DNA of 32,000 nucleotides from Exiguobacterium sp. 9-2. GTDB lineage: Bacteria; Bacillota; Bacilli; Exiguobacteriales; Exiguobacteriaceae. The translations under genes and the position numbers were made by a program. The notes beneath the pieces are model-generated. The model saw only the letters and a list, made by a program, of their open reading frames with translations. It made no database searches and had not been told where the DNA came from. Position 1 is the stretch's first letter; every line of letters starts with the position of its first letter. Shown here piece after piece: positions 25,125 to 32,000 of this stretch. The DNA is taken from contig NZ_CP142850.1 of NCBI RefSeq assembly GCF_036287235.1, positions 2,291,336-2,323,335 on the forward strand. Reading direction: 5' to 3'.

Positions 25125-25923
25125 AGTCGTTCGAGTATTCAAGTAACTGTTCTAGAAAATGATAGCTGTCCTCGACATCCGGATGACGCATATCTTCATA
25201 CCAATACAAGGATAATACAGCTTGCGCTACGACATACCAATGCATTCGTTGTTTCAGATCATTCGTCAACGGATGACCATAATGCTCAAACCATTCGGGC
25301 CAAGCCGCTTCATCGACATAACTGTATAACATCATCCCGAGGTCATACGCACGGTCGGCAATGATCGCATCATCCCAGTCGTTCAGGTAGAGTTGACCGT
25401 CCGCTCCCGTCAACCAATTATTATGATTTAGATCTGAATGACAGACGACTTGTTCATCCGTTCTTACTTGCTCCAGATTTCGTTCGAGATAATCCATCGC
25501 AAGTTCTACCAGTTCTGGATTCTCTAAGTCTTCTGGTTGAAAATATAAGTGACATTGGCGCAATAACTCATCAGGCTCGATCGGACGTTGGTCAAGCTGT
25601 TGTAGCATGAACAGCAATTCCTTCGAATCATGGATTTTCCCAAGCAAACGCGCCACTTCCGGACGTTCCATCATTTCCGGCTCCAACTCGTCGCCTTCAA
25701 TGAATTGTTGCGCACTGATGACATCCCCGCTATAGATTCGTTTCGTCCATAATAATTTCGGGACGATTCCGTCCGCGGATAAAATCGCCAAGAACGGCGA
25801 TGAATTTCGTTTTAAGAACAATTTTGATTGTCCGGTTGAAGCGATGTACGCTTCTCCTGTGATTCCACCTGCTGGCGTAAGGGTCCAGCCTTCGCCAAGC
25901 GCATCTAAAATATCTATTTCCAT
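25123..25923 (-). CDS. ytmP: Phosphotransferase-family protein (APH / choline-kinase fold), YtmP-like
   Basis: 266 aa with the Brenner-type catalytic motif HSDLNHNNWL and a downstream DWDDA. It is adjacent to amyX, as in B. subtilis. Confidence 0.85.
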   Translation of the reverse strand: MEIDILDALGEGWTLTPAGGITGEAYIASTGQSKLFLKRNSSPFLAILSADGIVPKLLWTKRIYSGDVISAQQFIEGDELEPEMMERPEVARLLGKIHDSKELLFMLQQLDQRPIEPDELLRQCHLYFQPEDLENPELVELAMDYLERNLEQVRTDEQVVCHSDLNHNNWLTGADGQLYLNDWDDAIIADRAYDLGMMLYSYVDEAAWPEWFEHYGHPLTNDLKQRMHWYVVAQAVLSLYWYEDMRHPDVEDSYHFLEQLLEYSND

Positions 25924-25974
25924 TATAATCCGCTCAACTTTTTTAGTAGATTTGCCTAAGGCACAATGCTTATC

Positions 25975-28116
25975 TTAACACGTCGCAATCGTCGTTGACA
26001 ACGGAAGGACTTGAATCCTATCGACACCTTTCAGAAGCGGGTCGACCGAGGCATCATCCCCTTGGACATGTACATTCCAGCGCGAGTGATCGAGTGAGAC
26101 TTCCACGATTTCGTGCGTCGTATTGTAGACAACGAGCGTGCGTTGCCACGCATCGTACGAATGGATCGCTTCGACTTCGTAGGCGATGACACCCGGACGT
26201 AAGTTGATGAAACGAAGCAGTTCTCGAACCTGATTCGCCCGGTGTAGACGGAATCCGCCATGCATTCTACGAATTTGTAAAATCGTCTTGATATACGTAA
26301 CGAGTGAGAGATGATCATCCCGGCGTTCCCAGTCCATTCGGTTGATTTCGTCCGATGCATTATAACTGTTTTCGACACCTTGTTTCGTACGCAAGAACTC
26401 TTGACCCGCATGCAGAAACGGAATGCCTTGCGCAAGCAAAGCGATCGTTTGAGCTAATCGACTCATCCGTAATAACTGAAGTTCGTCTGCTTCCGGACAG
26501 GAGATCTTCAATTTGTCGTACAGCGTATGGTTATCGTGCGCCTCGACATAGTTGATCGAATACGTCGGTTCCGGAAAACGTCCATACGTTTGGTTATCGA
26601 TATGAACACTACCCGCAATCCCGTTTCGGACCTCTCCTTCTTTCCATCCGTCTCCGGCAACGAATCCTCGATCGTATGCACTGAACGTCGATCCTTTCAA
26701 GGCATCACGGAACACGTCATTAAAATGAGCGATTCGCGGCATTTGCGCAGCCGAGGCGCTCATCGCTTTGAATCGTTCCGGCAACGCCGTCGCAAGATCC
26801 CAGCCCTCTCCATACACAAGAATCGTAGGATCAATCGCATCGAGTGCTGCACGTACTTCATTCATCGTCTCAATGTCATGAATGCCCATTAAATCAAATC
26901 GAAACGCATCAATGCGGTAGACACGAGCAAAGTACGTCAAGCAATCAACGATGAGTCGACGCATCATGAATCGCTCGGATGCGGTATCGTTTCCAACACC
27001 CGTTCCGTTTGAGAGCGTGCCGTCTACTTCGTAACGGAAATAATAACCCGGAACGAGCTGTTCAAGAGAGGAACGCTCCCGAACAAAAACGTGGTTCATG
27101 ACGACATCGAACGTAACACGAATCCCTGCTTCATGGAGTCGCTCCACCATATCCGCGTATTCTCGGACGCGAACGAGCGGTGCGACCGAACTCGCGTAGC
27201 TCCCAGCTAATCCGAACCAAAGCATCGGATCGTATCCCCAGTTATATGGCGACCTTGTTCGTTCATCGGTCGTTTCGAAGAAGTGGACCGGTAACAGCTG
27301 CAGATGCGTAATCCCGAGATCAAGAAGATAATCAAGACCTGTCGCATGTCCACGAGAAGAAACTGTTCCACGTTCCGCCACCCCTGCATATTGTCCTGGA
27401 TGACTTGAACCAGCGGAACGATCAATCGTAAAATCGCGAATATTTGCTTCATAGATGACAGCGTCCGACGGTTTGACGAACAGAGGACGCGCGACTCGCT
27501 TTGGAAACCACTCGGAAATCGTCTGTTCAACGTCGGCGATGACACCGTAACGACCGTTCTCCGATATCGCATGAGCGTATGGATCGACGACTTCATGTGT
27601 GCCAACGTACGTCGTCACTTCATAGCGGTACCATCGTTCTGCTGATTCTTGCCCAAGTCGAAGGTGATAGGTACCTTGCTCTTGTCGCTCCATCTTGTGT
27701 CTTCCGAGTACCTGTTCATCTTGATCGTATACGATACACACGATTTGCTCTGCGACAGGCGACCAGACAGCAAAATGATACGTATCGTCTTCTTCCCAGA
27801 CACCGAGCTTCTCTTCGTAACGGTACTTTCGCTCGAACGCTTCCGTCCGAACTAATCGATCAGGAACGACACGGATTGACCTGCCTGCTCCGAACACCTC
27901 ATAGCGGCATTCTAACTCGACTGGTTCAAGAACCGTTAACTCATAAATCACGAACTGTTCCTCTCGATGCGTTTCGGTCTGTTGAATTTCAAGCGGTTTC
28001 CCATCACATTCAAGCGACCAGTGGATTGACGGATTGCCTTCGACCTCGACTCGGATGCTTCGAAACGATGAGAACTCTGCCCGGATCACCGGTATTACCA
28101 CCTCTTGGTTCGTCAT
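25975..28116 (-). CDS. amyX: Type I pullulanase (GH13)
   Basis: GH13 regions DVVMNHV, AFRFDLMG, YGEGWD and YVEAHDN, plus the pullulanase signature YNWGYDP. The start is uncertain. Candidates are ATG 28116 (713 aa, weak RBS), in-frame ATT 28134 ten nt after GGAGG, and GTG 28179 overlapping ytlQ. Confidence 0.9.
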   Translation of the reverse strand: MTNQEVVIPVIRAEFSSFRSIRVEVEGNPSIHWSLECDGKPLEIQQTETHREEQFVIYELTVLEPVELECRYEVFGAGRSIRVVPDRLVRTEAFERKYRYEEKLGVWEEDDTYHFAVWSPVAEQIVCIVYDQDEQVLGRHKMERQEQGTYHLRLGQESAERWYRYEVTTYVGTHEVVDPYAHAISENGRYGVIADVEQTISEWFPKRVARPLFVKPSDAVIYEANIRDFTIDRSAGSSHPGQYAGVAERGTVSSRGHATGLDYLLDLGITHLQLLPVHFFETTDERTRSPYNWGYDPMLWFGLAGSYASSVAPLVRVREYADMVERLHEAGIRVTFDVVMNHVFVRERSSLEQLVPGYYFRYEVDGTLSNGTGVGNDTASERFMMRRLIVDCLTYFARVYRIDAFRFDLMGIHDIETMNEVRAALDAIDPTILVYGEGWDLATALPERFKAMSASAAQMPRIAHFNDVFRDALKGSTFSAYDRGFVAGDGWKEGEVRNGIAGSVHIDNQTYGRFPEPTYSINYVEAHDNHTLYDKLKISCPEADELQLLRMSRLAQTIALLAQGIPFLHAGQEFLRTKQGVENSYNASDEINRMDWERRDDHLSLVTYIKTILQIRRMHGGFRLHRANQVRELLRFINLRPGVIAYEVEAIHSYDAWQRTLVVYNTTHEIVEVSLDHSRWNVHVQGDDASVDPLLKGVDRIQVLPLSTTIATC

Positions 28117-28150
28117 GTCTTTCGCAACGACAATGCCGTCGCTTCCTCCC

Positions 28151-29026
28151 CTACTCTTGAATTCCTGACTGCCCTTCACTTAGAATTGCCATTTGAAACG
28201 GGATCGATACGGTCTCTTTTAGGATTTTTTCACACACCCGCATCTGAAACGCTTTTGTATGCGGCGCACTTGCATTCATTCGTTGCAGCCAGTTTGGAAA
28301 CTCGACTTTATTGACGTAAGTCGTCGTCGTCTCTTTTGGAATCTGATCAAAATAACCTGAAGGTGCTAAAATGACTCGTTCGATCGGCAAGACATAATCT
28401 CGCCCAAGTACGACTCGTAGAATATCTTCCGTCCGCTTTAAACCGATGTTCGGATTCAAAATTTGTTTTGTGGATGCCTTGAACGGTTGTTCCCGCCACA
28501 ACTTATCTCGCCGGATATGATAGATACTTTCGTCACCGTCAAGCCATTCCATGATATAAATCGCGGATGGACCGACGACGAACGGACTCAATTCGACTTC
28601 CCCGACTTGATATTGAATGACGGTGCGATAAAACATTGCATACTGTTCATTCAAGAGGTGTAACATCTGATAAAAGTCTAAATGACGTTTTAACGGAATC
28701 CGCCAAATGTCCTCTTCGCCCGCTCCACCAGTGACGTTTAATAATTTTTGTAACTCGAGACGTTTTTTGTACCATTTATCAAACGCTCTTCGAGATAATT
28801 GTTTACCCGGAAGTTGAATGACTTCGCTTTTTTTCATCACTTGCCACCACTTCTTCGGACGGATGAGCGTTTCCCCGGGAAATAATTCTCCAGCCTCCCA
28901 TCTACGATAGACATGAGCGTAATCAAGCGCCTGATGTTCACCGAACCGTTTTGTCATCTCAAGCGGATTTTTTTCAAATCGACTATCTAAGTCATATAGT
29001 TTCATCAAGATTGCGATGTGGATCAC
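28151..29026 (-). CDS. ytlQ: Conserved hypothetical protein in the ytlQ position, with a possible degenerate NERD-like core
   Basis: 291 aa. The GTG start at 29026 lies 5 nt after AAGAGGA and 1 nt after the thpR stop. The segment VELSPFVVGPSAIYIMEWLDGDE resembles the NERD core pattern. The symbol is assigned by synteny only. Confidence 0.65.
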   Translation of the reverse strand: MIHIAILMKLYDLDSRFEKNPLEMTKRFGEHQALDYAHVYRRWEAGELFPGETLIRPKKWWQVMKKSEVIQLPGKQLSRRAFDKWYKKRLELQKLLNVTGGAGEEDIWRIPLKRHLDFYQMLHLLNEQYAMFYRTVIQYQVGEVELSPFVVGPSAIYIMEWLDGDESIYHIRRDKLWREQPFKASTKQILNPNIGLKRTEDILRVVLGRDYVLPIERVILAPSGYFDQIPKETTTTYVNKVEFPNWLQRMNASAPHTKAFQMRVCEKILKETVSIPFQMAILSEGQSGIQE

Positions 29027-29027
29027 C

Positions 29028-29546
29028 TCATTCCTCTTTACCTAGATGAATCCGGTAAACCGGTTCATATCGCGGCGAAACGCCTGGTCGTACTTCAAAC
29101 AGAATAAGTTCACGAACAGTCCATTCCACCGGTTGTATCGGATTCGTCGTCCATTCTTCCGCCTCCGTGCGCCACTTCTTCGCGATCGTGACATGCGGAA
29201 CGAATGGTTTAGTCGCACTTGGATCAATCAGACGCACTAATCGAAACAATTCCTCTGCTTCTGTTCCGAATCCGACGACACGTGGTCGCTCCCTTTGTCC
29301 AAAGGTAATTAGACGATCTAATCGAAGTACGAAAGGTTCGATCGTGCGCGCAATCTCCTGCAGTTGCTGTTTCCACGATCGTTGTTCTTCTTCCTCCAGC
29401 GGGCCAAAAAAACGAAGCGTCAAATGGTACTCTTCTAACGTATAGACATTTCGAAAGTAATCAGATAGAGATAAACGATTAGCGATATTTGCTAAATCTT
29501 CAGAAGGAATCGGTAAAGCAACGAAAAAGTGTCGTTCCTGTCTCAT
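29028..29546 (-). CDS. thpR: RNA 2',3'-cyclic phosphodiesterase (2H phosphoesterase / LigT family)
   Basis: 172 aa with two H-x-T/S-x motifs, YHLTLRFFG and PHVTIAK. The RBS AAGGAG lies in the end of the upstream MFS gene. Confidence 0.88.
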   Translation of the reverse strand: MRQERHFFVALPIPSEDLANIANRLSLSDYFRNVYTLEEYHLTLRFFGPLEEEEQRSWKQQLQEIARTIEPFVLRLDRLITFGQRERPRVVGFGTEAEELFRLVRLIDPSATKPFVPHVTIAKKWRTEAEEWTTNPIQPVEWTVRELILFEVRPGVSPRYEPVYRIHLGKEE

Positions 29547-29553
29547 CGTATCT

Positions 29554-30702
29554 TCACTCCTTCATTCGACCACTGACACTGTACAGGACGGCACCAAGAA
29601 TACTGCTAATTGTATATACCCAAAAGACGGTATAGATTGTACTTTGGTCTAGCACAAACCCACTCATCAAGTTAAACAGCGCTGTCGCTAGCCCTGTCGT
29701 CGTTGCCATATATGTACTGACAGCTGTTGCGACCATCGTCTCTGGAACGAGTGACCGAACATAGTCTAATGCAACAGGGATCAACAATCCGACGATCATT
29801 CCTTGCATCGCAGACAATACCCAAAGCATGACGATCGGAAGCTCTAATGCGATCATCGCCGTACGAGCAGCTGACAGCAAGGAAATGAAGACAAGAACTG
29901 GAATCGCTCCGAATCGTAACAATAGACGCGAAGCGATGCGCATGAACGGGATTTCGCACAGAACGGCGACGAAGAACAAGGTCCCGACGAGCGCGGTTGT
30001 CTCTCCACGAATCGTGACGTAGCTGCCAAAGTAATAGTTATTGGCGAAGATCGGTCCGAAGATCAAACTCCCTCCCGCTAAGAATAACAAGAAGCGTCGA
30101 TTCGAAAAGAGTTGTTTCAACGGTACCTGTTGTTGATGTGAAATGTGTACGTTCCCCGTTTCTTCAATACCGATCAACACAAGAAAACCAAGAACCCACG
30201 CTGCACCGGTCGCATAAAAAATCAGACCAAGTCCACCCTCCTCAGTGATTTGTCCAAGGATGAAGACGGCTAAAGCAAAACCAGCTGATCCAAAAAGACG
30301 CAAGGCGCCATAATCTACCTTACGTTTTCGTGTATATTCGATCGCTAATGTATCAACGAGTGGAATATGCGCGCACTGGAATAATGCCCAGACACATGAA
30401 ATCAACAGTAAAAGTAGATAAGCGGACGTCAGTAAGTAACTCAATGTAAATACTCCAGCGGCGAGCATGGCAACGAGTAAGAGACGTTTTGGCTTTCCGA
30501 GTCGATCTGCCGCGATGCCCCAAACGGGCTGTAAGAAAATAGAGAGAATCGGTCCGATCGCAACGATTGTACCAATCTCTGAAGCGGACAGACCGAACGC
30601 ATCGCTTGAAAAATAAAGCGCAAGATACGGAATGAGTGCACCTTGTCCAAAGAAAATAAAGAAATATAACGCTTGGAAATGATAAGTTTGACGATTTTTC
30701 AC
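29554..30702 (-). CDS. MFS transporter (12-TM type, MFS_1-like)
   Basis: I prefer the GTG at 30702 (M/V-KNRQTYHFQALYFFIFFGQG), 6 nt after GAAAGGAAG. The track ATG at 30756 lies 4 nt after the pepV stop and has no RBS. The protein is hydrophobic throughout. Confidence 0.8.
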   Translation of the reverse strand: MKNRQTYHFQALYFFIFFGQGALIPYLALYFSSDAFGLSASEIGTIVAIGPILSIFLQPVWGIAADRLGKPKRLLLVAMLAAGVFTLSYLLTSAYLLLLLISCVWALFQCAHIPLVDTLAIEYTRKRKVDYGALRLFGSAGFALAVFILGQITEEGGLGLIFYATGAAWVLGFLVLIGIEETGNVHISHQQQVPLKQLFSNRRFLLFLAGGSLIFGPIFANNYYFGSYVTIRGETTALVGTLFFVAVLCEIPFMRIASRLLLRFGAIPVLVFISLLSAARTAMIALELPIVMLWVLSAMQGMIVGLLIPVALDYVRSLVPETMVATAVSTYMATTTGLATALFNLMSGFVLDQSTIYTVFWVYTISSILGAVLYSVSGRMKE

Positions 30703-30762
30703 ACGGAACTTCCTTTCAAGAAGCAATCCCCCCATCTTCACGATGCGGGGGATCATCAGTCA

Positions 30763-32000
30763 TTATTTTGCGAGTTCATAAATTGCTTCTGCATAAATCG
30801 CGACAGCAAGCAAGAGTTCTTCAAAATCAACATATTCATCGACTTGGTGGGCAACTTCAGGACCACCTGGGAAGACTGGTCCAAATGCAACCCCTGCCGT
30901 TAACGAACGTGCATATGTACCACCACCGATAGCGATCAGATCAGCTGGTTGGTTCGTATGACGTTCATACACGGCACTCAGTGTCTGAATCAATTCATGA
31001 TCCGGATCGACATGGTGTGGTGTCATATGTGTTCGAGTCTGTAACTCGAAGCCATATCCCGCTGCCGCTTCCTTGATGATTTGCAAGCGTTCCGTGAAGT
31101 CTGCTGAATAAGGATAACGGATGTTGATCGACGCTGTTCCTTGCTCTTCTACATACCGGAATACACCACCGTTGATCGTTAAGTCACCTGTCTCGTCTGA
31201 AGCAGCGACACCAATCGCTACACCGCGAGAATCACGGAACATGTGCGTGACAAGCTGAATATAACGACTACCGTTATAATCCAAGTGAAGCGTATTGAGG
31301 AAACGTGCTAAATGTAAGGCAGCATTTTTACCGTTATCCGGCTCCATCGCATGGGCTGCGACACCGTTCACATCAAGAACGAGACCTTCCGTTTCTTGCT
31401 TGACCGTCCCAGACAAGCCTTGTTCTTCAAGATACGTATGGAAATCCGTTTCAAGCGTCCCCAATTCGACGACACGAAGAAGTGCTTGGGCATGACCCGG
31501 AACCATGTTCGGACGTTCGCCGCCTTCAAAACGAACGAGATGGTAGCCTGTATCAGATGCTTGCGCTGGTTTCCCTTGAATCAATAACCCATCATACAGT
31601 CCTTTTTCCGCATTGATGATCGGGAAGTCGGCATCTGGTGCAAAGCCGAGAGTCGGCATTTCTTCATGTTTGAAGTAATGATTCACACAACGCCAGTCAC
31701 TCTCTTCATCTCCTCCAGCAATCAAACGAATACGTTTTGAGAGCGGTAATCCGAGTTCTTTGACGATCTTCAAGGCATAATAAGCTGCCATCGTCGGTCC
31801 TTTATCATCGATTGCACCGCGCGCATACAGTTTCCCATCGACAAGCGTTGGGTTAAATGGACCGTATGTCCAGTGATCGCCACCAGCTGGTACGACGTCT
31901 AAGTGACAAAGAATACCGAGTAACTCTTCCCCTTGACCATATTCCAAATGTCCGGCGTATCCATCAACATTTTTTGTCTTGAATCCGTCTCGTTCCCCTG
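30763..32000 (-). CDS. pepV: Dipeptidase PepV (M20 family), 5' end beyond the window
   Basis: The frame stays open to nt 32000 (GERDGFKTKNVDGYAGHLEYGQGEELLGILCHLDVVPAGG). The track TTG at 31947 is internal. The M20 motif HLDVVP is present. Confidence 0.88.
   Translation of the reverse strand, partial: GERDGFKTKNVDGYAGHLEYGQGEELLGILCHLDVVPAGGDHWTYGPFNPTLVDGKLYARGAIDDKGPTMAAYYALKIVKELGLPLSKRIRLIAGGDEESDWRCVNHYFKHEEMPTLGFAPDADFPIINAEKGLYDGLLIQGKPAQASDTGYHLVRFEGGERPNMVPGHAQALLRVVELGTLETDFHTYLEEQGLSGTVKQETEGLVLDVNGVAAHAMEPDNGKNAALHLARFLNTLHLDYNGSRYIQLVTHMFRDSRGVAIGVAASDETGDLTINGGVFRYVEEQGTASINIRYPYSADFTERLQIIKEAAAGYGFELQTRTHMTPHHVDPDHELIQTLSAVYERHTNQPADLIAIGGGTYARSLTAGVAFGPVFPGGPEVAHQVDEYVDFEELLLAVAIYAEAIYELAK

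Noticed and set aside
23294-25146. Alternative-frame ORFs of 164 aa (23294-23788) and 156 aa (24676-25146) inside alsS and alsD.
   Set aside because: They lie on the same strand but out of frame with strongly supported enzymes. They have no RBS and biased Ser/Arg composition.
27579-28160. A 193-aa plus-strand ORF antisense to the 5' part of amyX.
   Set aside because: It has no Shine-Dalgarno and a Arg/Leu/Ser-rich composition typical of antisense frames. The opposite strand carries unmistakable pullulanase sequence.
1-32000. A window-wide look for CRISPR arrays, IS or transposon ends, integrases, phage or defence genes, tRNA/rRNA genes and riboswitch-like long leaders.
   Set aside because: None were found. 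The longest intergenic gap is about 175 nt, between trmB and the 33-codon gene. All other gaps are shorter still and are accounted for by promoters and terminators. Every large ORF has a housekeeping or conserved-synteny assignment.

Overview
This is a densely packed core-chromosome window from a Firmicute of the order Bacillales. Gene content and order closely follow my recollection of the Bacillus subtilis 168 map: acsA-acuABC-(motPS)-ccpA-aroA-ytxGH, then murC-(sftA)-ytpR-ytpQ-ytpP-ytoP-ytzB, then trmB-ytmP-amyX-ytlQ-ytlP. The proteins look Exiguobacterium-like to me, but that is inference only. I call 34 CDS, two of them cut by the window edges: a class A PBP at the 5' end and dipeptidase PepV at the 3' end. 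One is a 33-codon gene absent from the ORF track. I also call about 14 rho-independent terminators, several extended -10 (TGnTATAAT) promoters, two sigma-B-type promoters and cre-like CcpA boxes. Several track ORFs are over-extended at the N terminus, and I re-set those starts using Shine-Dalgarno positions. I saw no rRNA, tRNA, CRISPR array, transposase, integrase, phage gene or defence-island signature. I do not believe this window contains a clear novel multi-gene system. What merits a second look are local departures from the conserved synteny and a few sequence oddities:
- a 136-residue K/A/E/D charged, DNA-repetitive tail on the PBP;
- a short acidic protein occupying the slot of the SftA DNA translocase;
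- a tandem-domain His-rich lipoprotein where motPS sits in B. subtilis, with a 46-bp tandem duplication across its stop codon;
- an alsSD cassette plus a stand-alone 33-aa membrane peptide gene inserted between trmB and ytmP, without alsR;
- a translationally coupled thpR-ytlQ pair of unknown function;
- repeated half-cre motifs upstream of ccpA.
All homology statements come from my reading of the translated sequences and motifs. No database search was run.
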